Positions 1 to 16,255 of a stretch of 64,000 nucleotides of DNA are shown here, one piece after another. The first letter of the stretch is position 1. Each line of letters begins with the position of its first letter. The notes under the pieces were generated by a model. The model was not told where the DNA came from, ran no database searches, and worked only from the letters and a program-made list of their open reading frames with translations. A program made the position numbers and the translations under genes. Location of the stretch: the NCBI RefSeq assembly GCF_003334815.1, contig NZ_QOWO01000001.1; one strand, 5' to 3'. This DNA is from Escherichia coli (lineage in GTDB: Bacteria > Pseudomonadota > Gammaproteobacteria > Enterobacterales > Enterobacteriaceae).

Positions 1-479
1 GCCATGCGCGCTTCAATGTGCCTGGAACATGGCGGGCCGGGTCGGACGCCGTGCGTCAGATCCTGCGCCAGCAAGCCGGTGTCGATATTGGAAACACCAT
101 TATTGCCGATGGTTCAGGGCTTTCGCGGCATAACCTGATTGCCCCCGCCACCATGATGCAGGTGCTGCAATACATTGCCCAACACGACAATGAACTTAAC
201 TTTATCTCCATGCTGCCGCTGGCGGGCTATGACGGCTCTTTGCAGTACCGTGCAGGTCTGCATCAGGCGGGCGTGGATGGAAAAGTCTCAGCGAAAACCG
301 GTTCGTTGCAGGGGGTATATAACCTGGCGGGATTCATTACCACAGCGAGCGGGCAACGAATGGCGTTTGTGCAATATCTTTCTGGCTATGCAGTAGAACC
401 TGCGGATCAGCGTAATCGCCGTATTCCGTTAGTGCGTTTTGAAAGCCGTTTGTATAAAGATATTTATCAGAACAATTAG
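1..479 (+). CDS. dacB: Penicillin-binding protein 4 (D-Ala-D-Ala carboxypeptidase/endopeptidase), C-terminal part; 5' end lies upstream of the window
   Basis: ORF 18..479 is open back to the window edge in the same frame; translation matches my recollection of the DacB C-terminus. Confidence 0.85.
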   Translation, partial: HARFNVPGTWRAGSDAVRQILRQQAGVDIGNTIIADGSGLSRHNLIAPATMMQVLQYIAQHDNELNFISMLPLAGYDGSLQYRAGLHQAGVDGKVSAKTGSLQGVYNLAGFITTASGQRMAFVQYLSGYAVEPADQRNRRIPLVRFESRLYKDIYQNN

Positions 480-481
480 TC

Positions 482-509
482 AAAAAGAAACCCCGGCACA
501 TGGCCGGGG
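482..509 (-). terminator. Intrinsic terminator-like hairpin (ccccggc / gccgggg) with an A-run on the plus strand, i.e. a U-tract for minus-strand transcripts
   Basis: GC stem 491-497/503-509 read directly; on the minus strand it is followed by TTTCTTTTT. Confidence 0.5.
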
Positions 510-541
510 CTTCAGATTATTGACAAAGTGCGCTTTGTTTA

Positions 542-642
<101 letters not shown>

Positions 643-664
643 ATTTGGCGTTTATCATCAGTGA

Positions 665-1852
<1,188 letters not shown>

Positions 1853-2818
1853 TCATTCGCCTGCGCGGGGTTGCGATACCACCGTTGTATGCTTACGTAA
1901 TCCGCCCCAAATACGATGACCAATGGCGGAATACATCGCGCCCGCAACCACGACAAACGCACCGAGATAACCTAAAAGGTTTAACATCGGTCTGGCGAAG
2001 AAATCGGGCCAGGCCAGTGATAAAAGATCTGAAAAAAACAGCGTAAACAGTGGGGTGAGCGTGATGATCGCGCTCACCTGCGCTGCCTGCCAGCGAGCCA
2101 TCGCTTCCGCCAGGGCGCCATATCCTACCAAGGTATTCAGTCCGCAAAAAATTAAACATGCGAGCTGCCAGTGGCTAAGCTGCGCTATCACTCCAGGCTT
2201 TGCCAGAGGGAAGAGCGCAATTGTACATAAAGTGTACAGTAAAAACAGGATCTGCGGTGAGGCCAGCCGACGCAATAAAACCTTTTGCGCCACGCCATAA
2301 CTCACCCAAACCGTCGCCGCACCGACCCCAAAGATAACTCCCCAGGTGTAATCGGTGAGCTTTGTAAATATCTCGACCAGACTGGTGTTAAAAAACATCA
2401 CCAGGCCGCTCAGGAGCATCAATGCCCCTACAACCTGAGTGCTGCGCATTTTCTCTTTGAGGATAAATACGCTGGCAACCATCATGCCAACTGGCGAGAG
2501 TTGCCCAATCACCTGCGAAGCGGTCGGACTCAGGTATTGCAAGGATGAGCTGAACAGGATGAAGTTCCCAAACAGCCCGGCGGTCGCCACTGCCAACAAA
2601 ATCAACCAGCGTGGCTTACGAAACACGCGTAATGGCGGCAACCTCTTCTTCACCGCAAGAATGGCACCCAGGCCAATACTCGCCATCAAGAAACGGTAAA
2701 ACACGATTGTCGGAGGTTCCATCACCTCCAGCACCTGCTTCATTGCGATTGGCAACGCCCCCCAGCAAATTGCTGTGGTGAGCGCCAAAAGAATGCCAAT
2801 GCCTGCCTGCTGCTTCAT
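1853..2818 (-). CDS. yhbE: EamA/DMT-family inner membrane transporter
   Basis: 321-aa hydrophobic multi-helix ORF in the conserved position between obgE and rpmA. Confidence 0.85.
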   Translation of the reverse strand: MKQQAGIGILLALTTAICWGALPIAMKQVLEVMEPPTIVFYRFLMASIGLGAILAVKKRLPPLRVFRKPRWLILLAVATAGLFGNFILFSSSLQYLSPTASQVIGQLSPVGMMVASVFILKEKMRSTQVVGALMLLSGLVMFFNTSLVEIFTKLTDYTWGVIFGVGAATVWVSYGVAQKVLLRRLASPQILFLLYTLCTIALFPLAKPGVIAQLSHWQLACLIFCGLNTLVGYGALAEAMARWQAAQVSAIITLTPLFTLFFSDLLSLAWPDFFARPMLNLLGYLGAFVVVAGAMYSAIGHRIWGGLRKHTTVVSQPRAGE

Positions 2819-2886
2819 ACCGTATTCCCTGCAAAGCGCATTTGCGGATTAACGTCGCACCATGCGCATTTTTACCGGTTATCGAA

Positions 2887-2916
2887 TGTAAAAAGCCCCG
2901 CAACGTGTTGCGGGGC
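2887..2916 (-). terminator. Intrinsic terminator downstream of rpmA
   Basis: Stem gccccgcaac/gttgcggggc with a plus-strand A-run (U-tract on the minus strand) immediately after the rpmA stop. Confidence 0.55.
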
Positions 2917-2944
2917 TTTCATCCGTTACCGGGACGCGAAAAAC

Positions 2945-3570
<626 letters not shown>

Positions 3571-3792
3571 TCAGAGTGCGCTATAAATATTCACAATAGG
3601 GCGCGAATATTACGCAAAACGCACGCCTTTGACAAGTGCTACAGTCAATACACGAAGAAAAAAAACACAACTTGTACGGTAACGTTTATCTGTGCCATTT
3701 TTTCAGTACAATCACCCTATATTCCTAACCATAAACCCTAAGTTGCCTTTGTTCACAGTAAGGTAATCGGGGCGAAAAGCCCGGCTTTTGCG

Positions 3793-4764
3793 ATGAATTT
3801 AGAAAAAATCAATGAGTTAACCGCGCAAGATATGGCGGGTGTTAATGCGGCAATCCTTGAGCAGCTTAATTCCGACGTCCAACTGATCAATCAGTTAGGC
3901 TATTACATCGTCAGCGGCGGCGGTAAACGTATTCGTCCGATGATTGCTGTACTGGCTGCACGAGCTGTTGGCTATGAGGGAAATGCGCATGTCACCATTG
4001 CTGCCCTGATCGAGTTTATCCACACGGCGACTCTGCTACACGACGACGTTGTGGATGAATCAGATATGCGCAGGGGTAAAGCTACCGCCAACGCCGCATT
4101 TGGCAATGCCGCCAGCGTGCTGGTAGGCGATTTTATTTATACCCGCGCTTTCCAGATGATGACCAGCCTCGGTTCGCTCAAAGTGCTGGAAGTCATGTCA
4201 GAAGCCGTAAACGTCATCGCAGAAGGTGAAGTTCTGCAACTGATGAACGTTAACGATCCGGACATCACTGAAGAAAACTACATGCGCGTTATCTATAGCA
4301 AAACCGCGCGTCTGTTTGAGGCTGCCGCGCAGTGTTCCGGGATTCTGGCTGGCTGTACGCCGGAGGAGGAGAAAGGCCTGCAGGATTATGGGCGCTATCT
4401 CGGCACTGCTTTCCAGTTGATCGACGATTTACTCGATTACAATGCCGATGGCGAACAGTTAGGTAAAAATGTCGGCGACGATCTGAACGAAGGTAAACCG
4501 ACGCTGCCGCTGCTGCATGCGATGCATCATGGCACACCAGAACAGGCACAGATGATCCGTACCGCCATCGAACAGGGTAACGGTCGCCATCTTCTGGAAC
4601 CGGTTCTGGAAGCAATGAACGCTTGTGGATCTCTTGAATGGACGCGTCAGCGTGCCGAGGAAGAAGCAGACAAAGCCATCGCAGCGTTACAGGTGCTCCC
4701 GGACACCCCTTGGCGAGAAGCACTCATCGGCCTCGCGCACATCGCTGTTCAACGCGATCGTTAA
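3793..4764 (+). CDS. ispB: Octaprenyl-diphosphate synthase (polyprenyl synthetase)
   Basis: 323-aa ORF with the two aspartate-rich DDxxD motifs (LLHDDVVDESD and FQLIDDLLD). Confidence 0.95.
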   Translation: MNLEKINELTAQDMAGVNAAILEQLNSDVQLINQLGYYIVSGGGKRIRPMIAVLAARAVGYEGNAHVTIAALIEFIHTATLLHDDVVDESDMRRGKATANAAFGNAASVLVGDFIYTRAFQMMTSLGSLKVLEVMSEAVNVIAEGEVLQLMNVNDPDITEENYMRVIYSKTARLFEAAAQCSGILAGCTPEEEKGLQDYGRYLGTAFQLIDDLLDYNADGEQLGKNVGDDLNEGKPTLPLLHAMHHGTPEQAQMIRTAIEQGNGRHLLEPVLEAMNACGSLEWTRQRAEEEADKAIAALQVLPDTPWREALIGLAHIAVQRDR

Positions 4765-4991
4765 TCCCCTCCCCTCATCCCGCGCAGCGCGCGGGATGGT
4801 TCCAGTAAGTTCCATAAAAACACTTATTCAGCTCTATAACACCTGAAAAATAGGGATGTGCATCTTTATATATTCTGAATATTCACACTCTTTACAGGAA
4901 CTTTTTAGAGCAATAGGCCATCAGGAGTATAGTGATGCTCGACAGAAGAAGTGTTCTGAATGAAAGCGACTAACTTAAGGAGTGAGGAAAA

Positions 4992-5270
4992 ATGGAAAGT
5001 AATTTCATTGACTGGCATCCCGCTGACATCATTGCGGGTTTGCGCAAGAAGGGAACGTCAATGGCGGCGGAATCTCGCAGAAATGGTTTGAGTTCCTCAA
5101 CGCTGGCGAATGCATTATCGCGCCCATGGCCGAAAGGAGAGATGATTATTGCGAAAGCCCTGGGAACTGACCCCTGGGTTATCTGGCCATCACGCTACCA
5201 TGATCCGCAGACCCATGAGTTTATCGACAGAACGCAGTTGATGCGTAGCTACACTAAACCGAAAAAATGA
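4992..5270 (+). CDS. sfsB: Ner-like DNA-binding protein SfsB/Nlp
   Basis: 92-aa ORF MESNFIDWHPADIIAGLRKKGTS..., matches recalled Nlp. Confidence 0.9.
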   Translation: MESNFIDWHPADIIAGLRKKGTSMAAESRRNGLSSSTLANALSRPWPKGEMIIAKALGTDPWVIWPSRYHDPQTHEFIDRTQLMRSYTKPKK

Positions 5271-5317
5271 GTGGTCTGGCGGTAGCCCCGCGAACGGGGC
5301 TGCCAGCTCTCAGACGA

Positions 5318-6577
<1,260 letters not shown>

Positions 6578-6631
6578 TTAGTTTGTTCTCAGTTAACAAT
6601 TCATATCCGCTACCGGCGAATCGCCCATAGC

Positions 6632-6886
6632 TCAAAAGCCGTTCAGTTTGCGATCGCGCGCCCACTCCGCAGGGGTATACGCTTTGATCGACACAGCATG
6701 AATGCGGTTATCCGCAATATATTCCATCAGCGGACCATAGACCGTCTGCTGTTTTTTAACCCGACTCATGCCGTCAAACAACTCACCCACGGCAATAACC
6801 TGAAAGTGGCTGCCATCGCCGGAAACGTGGACTTCCTGGAGGGAGAGAGCGTTCATCAACACGCTCTGAATTTCATTATTTTCCAT
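6632..6886 (-). CDS. ibaG: BolA-family protein IbaG (YrbA)
   Basis: ORF track gives 89 aa; trimmed to MENNEIQ... (84 aa) to match the recalled protein. Confidence 0.85.
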
Positions 6887-7004
6887 GGGATCTTCAATCA
6901 TCAGTTAATAAACCAGCGAAACATCTTAGAGCAAAGTTGCGCTGGCATAAATAAGCAAAAAGCCTCGCTGATAAATCAGACAAGGCTCGACTTGCAGGCA
7001 GGTT

Positions 7005-7038
7005 TGCCGGACAGGCGGTTAACGCCATATCCGGCCTG
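7005..7038. repeat. Single REP-like palindromic unit
   Basis: tgccggacaggcggttaacgccatatccggcctg resembles the REP consensus. Confidence 0.55.
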
Positions 7039-7045
7039 AAAAAAT

Positions 7046-7338
7046 TTAACGAGGCAGAACATCAGCAGGCAAATTATACAATTTCGCCAGGGTATACACT
7101 TTGTCGTTTACCCCCTGAAGCGTCACATTGTTGCCCTGCTTTTTCGCCAGATCGATAAGATGGAGCAGCAGTGCCAGTCCCCCCGTATCCACGCGGGAGA
7201 CACGGCTAAGATCGATGCAGGTAATCCCCTTCACCGCTTCCTCACGCATTTCCCAAAGCGGTAGCAAAACGTCCTGATCCAGCTCTCCGGATAACGCCAG
7301 CGTGTCACCCGTCTGCATCCAGCTCAGTGACTCGCTCA

Positions 7339-7339
<1 letters not shown>
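7046..7339 (-). CDS. mlaB: Phospholipid ABC transporter STAS-domain protein MlaB
   Basis: Trimmed to MSESLSWMQ... (97 aa); its ATG overlaps the mlaC stop by 1 nt (TAATG). Confidence 0.9.
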
Positions 7340-7992
<653 letters not shown>

Positions 7993-8544
7993 TTATTTCG
8001 TTGTACCCACAGGTTCAGTGGTTTCATTATTACCTGGCGCAGCAGCTGGCGCATCGCCACTATTCTTATTGTCATCGCCTTTACTACCGTAAAGGAACTG
8101 ACCAATGAGATCTTCCAGCACCATCGCAGACTTAGTGTCCTGAATTGTATCGCCATCCTTCAGGATAGCAGTCCCCAGTTCCGGGTCTTCAAAACCGACG
8201 TTTAATGCCAGATATTGTTCCCCCAGCAGGCCGGAAGTACGAATGCTCAGCGAACTGGTATCTGGAATGTGGTTATAACGTTGTTCAATTTCCAGCGTTA
8301 CGCGCGGCAGATAGGTTTTCGGGTCCAGCGTAATATCCGCCACCCGACCCACAACAACGCCACCAATACTGACCGGAGAGCGCGCTTTCAGGCCGCCAAT
8401 GTTATCGAACGTCGCATAAAGCGTGTAGGTCGGTTCAGTACGTATGGACGTCACGTTCGCCGCCTTCAGGCAAACAAACAGCGCCGCCAGCAGTGCTGCT
8501 AATAAAAAGATACCCACCCAAATTTCATTTTTTTTCGTTTGCAT
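7993..8544 (-). CDS. mlaD: MCE-domain protein MlaD
   Basis: Trimmed to MQTKKNEIWVG... (183 aa); N-terminal membrane anchor. Confidence 0.92.
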   Translation of the reverse strand: MQTKKNEIWVGIFLLAALLAALFVCLKAANVTSIRTEPTYTLYATFDNIGGLKARSPVSIGGVVVGRVADITLDPKTYLPRVTLEIEQRYNHIPDTSSLSIRTSGLLGEQYLALNVGFEDPELGTAILKDGDTIQDTKSAMVLEDLIGQFLYGSKGDDNKNSGDAPAAAPGNNETTEPVGTTK

Positions 8545-8548
8545 GAAC

Positions 8549-10148
<1,600 letters not shown>

Positions 10149-10357
10149 AATTCACCCTTCGTCTTGCGTTGATTTTCTAAGCATGGCGCTCAATTTAACC
10201 TTGAACCCAACATATTTACAGAATATTACCCGCCGTGGTTAGCGAAAGCTGGCATTTGTTTTACTTTTTAGCCGCATAAAGTCAAAATTAAGCATCCGTT
10301 ACGGCTTTCTGAAAATCTTCAGCGGACCGGCGAGTATACCTGAAGAAAGGACGTTAG

Positions 10358-11335
10358 ATGCTTTTAGCTACGGCACTGTTAATTGTTGGTTTACTTTTGG
10401 TCGTTTACAGTGCCGACCGCCTGGTTTTTGCCGCGTCTATTCTTTGCCGAACCTTTGGCATCCCGCCGCTGATCATCGGCATGACGGTGGTCAGTATTGG
10501 TACATCGTTACCAGAAGTCATCGTCTCGCTTGCCGCGTCTCTGCACGAACAACGCGATTTAGCCGTTGGTACAGCCCTCGGCTCAAACATTATCAATATA
10601 TTGCTGATCCTCGGTCTGGCTGCGCTGGTTCGTCCTTTTACCGTCCATTCTGATGTTCTACGCCGTGAATTACCCTTAATGTTGTTGGTCAGCGTGGTGG
10701 CCGGTTCCGTACTCTATGACGGACAACTTAGTCGCAGCGATGGTATCTTTCTCCTCTTTCTGGCTGTGCTATGGCTGCTGTTCATTGTTAAACTTGCACG
10801 TCAGGCTGAACGTCAGGGGACTGACAGCCTGACCAGAGAGCAGCTTGCAGAGCTGCCGCGTGACGGCGGATTGCCCGTCGCGTTTTTATGGCTCGGCATT
10901 GCGCTTATCATCATGCCAGTGGCCACGCGGATGGTGGTTGATAACGCCACGGTGCTGGCGAATTACTTTGCCATCAGCGAGTTGACGATGGGTCTGACGG
11001 CAATTGCTATCGGAACCAGCCTGCCGGAACTGGCAACCGCAATAGCGGGGGTTCGCAAAGGTGAAAACGACATTGCTGTCGGAAATATCATTGGCGCAAA
11101 CATTTTTAATATTGTCATCGTGTTGGGTTTACCCGCGCTGATAACGCCAGGAGAGATTGATCCACTGGCGTACAGTCGTGACTACAGCGTGATGTTGCTG
11201 GTGAGCATTATTTTTGCGTTGCTGTGCTGGCGGCGCTCCCCGCAACCGGGCCGTGGTGTAGGGGTATTATTAACTGGCGGATTTATCGTATGGCTGGCGA
11301 TGTTGTACTGGTTATCGCCAATACTCGTTGAATAA
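10358..11335 (+). CDS. yrbG: Na+/Ca2+ exchanger-family inner membrane protein
   Basis: 325-aa hydrophobic ORF with the two internal alpha-repeat motifs (GTSLPE); divergent from mlaF. Confidence 0.9.
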   Translation: MLLATALLIVGLLLVVYSADRLVFAASILCRTFGIPPLIIGMTVVSIGTSLPEVIVSLAASLHEQRDLAVGTALGSNIINILLILGLAALVRPFTVHSDVLRRELPLMLLVSVVAGSVLYDGQLSRSDGIFLLFLAVLWLLFIVKLARQAERQGTDSLTREQLAELPRDGGLPVAFLWLGIALIIMPVATRMVVDNATVLANYFAISELTMGLTAIAIGTSLPELATAIAGVRKGENDIAVGNIIGANIFNIVIVLGLPALITPGEIDPLAYSRDYSVMLLVSIIFALLCWRRSPQPGRGVGVLLTGGFIVWLAMLYWLSPILVE

Positions 11336-11348
11336 CTGGAAACGCATT

Positions 11349-12335
11349 ATGTCGCACGTAGAGTTACAACCGGGTTTTGACTTTCAGCAAGCAGGTAAAG
11401 AAGTCCTGGCGATTGAACGTGAATGCCTGGCGGAGCTTGATCAATACATCAATCAGAATTTCACGCTTGCCTGTGAAAAGATGTTCTGGTGTAAAGGGAA
11501 AGTTGTCGTCATGGGGATGGGAAAATCGGGGCATATTGGGCGAAAAATGGCGGCAACGTTTGCCAGCACCGGTACACCTTCATTTTTCGTCCATCCTGGT
11601 GAAGCCGCGCATGGTGATTTAGGCATGGTTACCCCACAGGATGTGGTGATTGCTATCTCTAACTCTGGTGAATCCAGCGAAATCACGGCCTTAATTCCAG
11701 TGCTTAAGCGTCTTCACGTACCGTTAATCTGCATCACCGGTCGCCCGGAGAGCAGCATGGCGCGCGCCGCAGATGTGCATCTGTGTGTTAAAGTAGCGAA
11801 AGAAGCCTGTCCGTTAGGGCTGGCACCGACCAGCAGCACCACCGCCACGCTGGTTATGGGCGATGCCCTCGCTGTCGCGCTGTTAAAAGCACGCGGCTTT
11901 ACTGCTGAAGATTTTGCGCTCTCACACCCAGGCGGCGCACTGGGTCGTAAACTTCTGCTGCGCGTAAACGATATTATGCATACGGGCGATGAGATCCCGC
12001 ATGTTAAGAAAACGGCCAGTCTGCGTGACGCGTTGCTGGAAGTTACCCGCAAAAATCTTGGTATGACTGTCATTTGCGATGACAATATGATGATTGAAGG
12101 CATCTTTACCGACGGTGATTTACGCCGTGTCTTCGATATGGGCGTGGATGTTCGTCAGTTAAGTATTGCCGATGTGATGACGCCGGGGGGAATACGTGTG
12201 CGCCCTGGCATTCTGGCCGTTGAGGCACTGAACTTAATGCAGTCCCGCCATATCACCTCCGTGATGGTTGCCGATGGCGACCATTTACTCGGTGTGTTAC
12301 ATATGCATGATTTACTGCGTGCAGGCGTAGTGTAA
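11349..12335 (+). CDS. kdsD: D-arabinose 5-phosphate isomerase (SIS + tandem CBS domains)
   Basis: Trimmed to MSHVELQPGF... (328 aa). Confidence 0.93.
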   Translation: MSHVELQPGFDFQQAGKEVLAIERECLAELDQYINQNFTLACEKMFWCKGKVVVMGMGKSGHIGRKMAATFASTGTPSFFVHPGEAAHGDLGMVTPQDVVIAISNSGESSEITALIPVLKRLHVPLICITGRPESSMARAADVHLCVKVAKEACPLGLAPTSSTTATLVMGDALAVALLKARGFTAEDFALSHPGGALGRKLLLRVNDIMHTGDEIPHVKKTASLRDALLEVTRKNLGMTVICDDNMMIEGIFTDGDLRRVFDMGVDVRQLSIADVMTPGGIRVRPGILAVEALNLMQSRHITSVMVADGDHLLGVLHMHDLLRAGVV

Positions 12336-12355
12336 AGATTCAAGGATAAACAACA

Positions 12356-12922
12356 ATGAGCAAAGCAGGTGCGTCGCTTGCGACCTGTTACGGCCCTGTC
12401 AGCGCCGACGTTATAGCAAAAGCAGAGAACATTCGTCTGCTGATCCTCGATGTCGATGGCGTACTGTCAGATGGCCTGATTTATATGGGCAATAATGGCG
12501 AAGAGCTGAAAGCGTTCAATGTTCGTGACGGTTATGGCATTCGTTGTGCGCTCACCTCTGATATTGAAGTCGCTATCATTACCGGGCGAAAGGCTAAACT
12601 GGTAGAAGATCGTTGTGCCACATTGGGGATCACTCACTTGTATCAGGGGCAGTCAAACAAACTGATCGCCTTTAGCGATCTGCTGGAAAAACTGGCGATT
12701 GCCCCGGAAAATGTGGCTTATGTCGGCGATGATCTCATCGACTGGCCGGTAATGGAAAAAGTGGGTTTAAGCGTCGCCGTGGCCGATGCGCATCCACTGT
12801 TGATCCCGCGCGCCGATTACGTGACGCGCATTGCTGGCGGTCGTGGCGCAGTGCGCGAAGTTTGCGACTTATTACTCCTGGCGCAGGGCAAACTGGATGA
12901 AGCCAAAGGGCAATCGATATGA
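12356..12922 (+). CDS. kdsC: KDO 8-phosphate phosphatase (HAD family)
   Basis: 188-aa ORF with the HAD motif ILDVDGVL. Confidence 0.95.
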   Translation: MSKAGASLATCYGPVSADVIAKAENIRLLILDVDGVLSDGLIYMGNNGEELKAFNVRDGYGIRCALTSDIEVAIITGRKAKLVEDRCATLGITHLYQGQSNKLIAFSDLLEKLAIAPENVAYVGDDLIDWPVMEKVGLSVAVADAHPLLIPRADYVTRIAGGRGAVREVCDLLLLAQGKLDEAKGQSI

Positions 12923-13494
12923 GTAAAGCCAGACGTTGGGTTATCATTGTGCTATCACTGGCGGTTCTGGTGATGATCGGCATTAATATGGCCGAAAAAG
13001 ACGATACCGCCCAGGTGGTCGTCAACAACAATGATCCCACCTATAAAAGCGAGCATACGGACACGCTCGTCTATAACCCAGAAGGGGCACTAAGCTATCG
13101 ATTGATTGCTCAACACGTTGAATATTATTCCGATCAGGCCGTTTCGTGGTTTACGCAGCCGGTACTTACCACGTTTGATAAGGATAAAATCCCGACATGG
13201 TCCGTAAAAGCAGATAAAGCCAAGCTGACCAATGACCGGATGCTCTATTTATATGGACACGTTGAAGTCAACGCACTTGTGCCAGACTCTCAACTTCGCA
13301 GAATCACGACGGATAACGCGCAGATCAATCTGGTGACGCAGGATGTTACCTCTGAAGACCTCGTCACGTTATACGGAACAACATTTAACTCCAGCGGTCT
13401 GAAAATGCGCGGCAACTTACGCAGCAAGAACGCCGAGCTGATTGAAAAGGTTAGAACATCCTATGAAATTCAAAACAAACAAACTCAGCCTTAA
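12919..13494 (+). CDS. lptC: LPS export protein LptC
   Basis: 191-aa ORF with an N-terminal TM anchor; its ATG overlaps the kdsC stop (ATGA). Confidence 0.95.
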   Translation: MSKARRWVIIVLSLAVLVMIGINMAEKDDTAQVVVNNNDPTYKSEHTDTLVYNPEGALSYRLIAQHVEYYSDQAVSWFTQPVLTTFDKDKIPTWSVKADKAKLTNDRMLYLYGHVEVNALVPDSQLRRITTDNAQINLVTQDVTSEDLVTLYGTTFNSSGLKMRGNLRSKNAELIEKVRTSYEIQNKQTQP

Positions 13495-14020
13495 TCTTGT
13501 GCTTGCCAGCTCACTTCTGGCCGCCAGCATTCCGGCATTTGCCGTAACCGGAGACACTGATCAGCCGATCCACATTGAATCGGACCAGCAATCTCTTGAT
13601 ATGCAAGGCAACGTGGTTACCTTTACCGGTAATGTCATCGTCACCCAGGGCACCATCAAAATTAATGCCGACAAAGTGGTCGTTACCCGTCCGGGCGGCG
13701 AACAAGGTAAAGAAGTGATTGACGGCTACGGTAAACCGGCAACGTTCTACCAGATGCAGGACAACGGTAAACCCGTTGAAGGTCACGCTTCCCAGATGCA
13801 CTACGAACTGGCAAAAGATTTTGTCGTTCTGACGGGTAATGCTTATCTGCAGCAGGTCGATAGCAACATTAAGGGCGATAAGATCACTTACCTGGTGAAA
13901 GAGCAGAAAATGCAGGCTTTCAGCGACAAAGGCAAGCGCGTAACAACCGTTCTGGTGCCGTCGCAGCTGCAGGACAAAAACAACAAAGGCCAGACCCCGG
14001 CACAGAAGAAGGGTAATTAA
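13463..14020 (+). CDS. lptA: Periplasmic LPS transport protein LptA
   Basis: Trimmed to MKFKTNKLSLN... (185 aa); start lies 32 nt inside the lptC 3' end. Confidence 0.93.
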   Translation: MKFKTNKLSLNLVLASSLLAASIPAFAVTGDTDQPIHIESDQQSLDMQGNVVTFTGNVIVTQGTIKINADKVVVTRPGGEQGKEVIDGYGKPATFYQMQDNGKPVEGHASQMHYELAKDFVVLTGNAYLQQVDSNIKGDKITYLVKEQKMQAFSDKGKRVTTVLVPSQLQDKNNKGQTPAQKKGN

Positions 14021-14026
14021 TTCGTT

Positions 14027-14752
14027 ATGGCAACATTAACTGCAAAGAACCTTGCAAAAGCCTATAAAGGCCGTCGCGTGGTAGAAGACGTCAGCCTGAC
14101 CGTCAACTCCGGGGAAATTGTCGGTCTGCTGGGGCCAAACGGTGCCGGTAAGACCACCACTTTCTACATGGTTGTAGGCATTGTGCCGCGCGATGCGGGC
14201 AACATCATTATTGATGATGACGATATCAGTCTGCTGCCTCTGCATGCACGCGCGCGCCGCGGTATCGGCTATCTGCCACAGGAAGCCTCCATTTTCCGTC
14301 GCCTCAGCGTTTACGATAACCTGATGGCGGTACTGCAAATTCGTGACGACTTGTCTGCTGAACAACGTGAAGACCGCGCGAACGAGCTGATGGAAGAGTT
14401 TCACATTGAGCACCTGCGTGACAGCATGGGGCAGTCACTCTCCGGGGGTGAACGTCGCCGTGTAGAAATTGCCCGCGCACTGGCTGCGAATCCGAAATTT
14501 ATTCTGCTCGACGAACCGTTTGCCGGGGTTGACCCGATCTCGGTTATCGACATTAAACGCATCATTGAGCACCTGCGCGACAGCGGCCTGGGCGTGCTGA
14601 TCACTGACCACAACGTGCGTGAAACACTGGCGGTTTGTGAACGCGCTTATATCGTCAGTCAGGGGCATTTGATCGCCCACGGCACGCCTACAGAAATCTT
14701 ACAAGACGAACACGTTAAGCGTGTATACCTTGGGGAAGACTTCAGACTCTGA
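14027..14752 (+). CDS. lptB: LPS export ABC transporter ATPase LptB
   Basis: 241-aa ORF with Walker [10 protein letters not shown] and signature LSGGERRR. Confidence 0.97.
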
Positions 14753-14799
14753 TAGGGTAGAAGTTTGCGACGTTTTAGCAGGAGAGTACGATTCTGAAC

Positions 14800-16233
14800 A
14801 TGAAGCAAGGTTTGCAACTCAGGCTTAGCCAACAACTGGCGATGACGCCACAGCTCCAACAGGCAATTCGTCTGTTGCAGTTGTCGACGCTGGAACTTCA
14901 GCAGGAGCTACAGCAGGCGCTGGAGAGTAATCCGCTGCTTGAGCAAATCGACACTCATGAAGAAATCGACACCCGCGAAACGCAAGACAGTGAAACGCTG
15001 GACACCGCCGACGCGCTCGAACAAAAAGAGATGCCGGAAGAGCTGCCGCTCGATGCCAGTTGGGACACCATTTACACCGCTGGTACACCATCCGGCACCA
15101 GCGGTGACTACATTGACGACGAGCTGCCGGTCTACCAGGGCGAAACGACGCAGACCTTGCAGGATTACCTGATGTGGCAGGTTGAGCTGACACCGTTTTC
15201 CGACACTGACCGCGCTATTGCTACCTCTATCGTCGATGCCGTTGATGAAACCGGTTATCTGACTGTCCCGCTGGAAGATATTCTCGAAAGTATAGGCGAT
15301 GAAGAGATCGACATCGACGAAGTTGAAGCCGTCCTTAAGCGGATCCAACGGTTTGATCCGGTCGGTGTGGCGGCAAAAGATCTGCGTGACTGTCTGCTGA
15401 TCCAACTCTCCCAATTCGATAAGACCACGCCGTGGCTGGAAGAGGCCAGACTGATCATTAGCGATCATCTCGATCTGTTAGCCAATCACGACTTCCGCAC
15501 TTTAATGCGCGTCACGCGTCTGAAAGAAGATGTGCTGAAAGAAGCCGTCAATCTGATCCAGTCGCTCGATCCGCGCCCCGGGCAGTCGATCCAGACTGGC
15601 GAACCTGAGTATGTCATTCCAGATGTGCTGGTGCGTAAGCATAACGGTCACTGGACGGTAGAACTCAACAGTGACAGCATTCCGCGTCTGCAAATCAACC
15701 AGCACTACGCCTCGATGTGCAATAACGCGCGCAACGATGGTGACAGCCAGTTTATCCGCAGCAATCTGCAGGATGCCAAATGGTTGATCAAGAGTCTGGA
15801 AAGCCGTAACGATACGCTACTGCGCGTGAGTCGCTGTATCGTTGAACAGCAGCAAGCCTTCTTTGAGCAAGGTGAAGAATATATGAAACCGATGGTACTG
15901 GCCGATATCGCCCAGGCTGTCGAAATGCATGAATCGACGATATCTCGCGTGACCACGCAAAAATACCTGCATAGTCCACGAGGCATTTTTGAACTGAAGT
16001 ATTTCTTTTCCAGTCACGTCAATACCGAGGGCGGCGGCGAAGCTTCCTCCACGGCGATTCGTGCGCTGGTGAAGAAATTAATCGCGGCGGAAAACCCAGC
16101 GAAACCGTTGAGCGACAGCAAGTTAACCTCTTTGCTGTCGGAACAAGGTATCATGGTGGCACGCCGCACTGTTGCGAAGTACCGAGAGTCTTTATCCATT
16201 CCGCCGTCAAACCAGCGTAAACAACTCGTTTGA
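14800..16233 (+). CDS. rpoN: RNA polymerase sigma-54 factor
   Basis: 477-aa ORF with a Gln/Leu-rich N-terminus, acidic region and C-terminal RpoN box ([10 protein letters not shown]). Confidence 0.97.
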   Translation: MKQGLQLRLSQQLAMTPQLQQAIRLLQLSTLELQQELQQALESNPLLEQIDTHEEIDTRETQDSETLDTADALEQKEMPEELPLDASWDTIYTAGTPSGTSGDYIDDELPVYQGETTQTLQDYLMWQVELTPFSDTDRAIATSIVDAVDETGYLTVPLEDILESIGDEEIDIDEVEAVLKRIQRFDPVGVAAKDLRDCLLIQLSQFDKTTPWLEEARLIISDHLDLLANHDFRTLMRVTRLKEDVLKEAVNLIQSLDPRPGQSIQTGEPEYVIPDVLVRKHNGHWTVELNSDSIPRLQINQHYASMCNNARNDGDSQFIRSNLQDAKWLIKSLESRNDTLLRVSRCIVEQQQAFFEQGEEYMKPMVLADIAQAVEMHESTISRVTTQKYLHSPRGIFELKYFFSSHVNTEGGGEASSTAIRALVKKLIAAENPAKPLSDSKLTSLLSEQGIMVARRTVAKYRESLSIPPSNQRKQLV

Positions 16234-16255
16234 CCCAACCGATAAGGAAGACACT

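Noticed and set aside
14908-15468. 186-aa minus-strand ORF antisense within rpoN
   Set aside because: Shadow ORF inside a well-supported sigma-54 gene.
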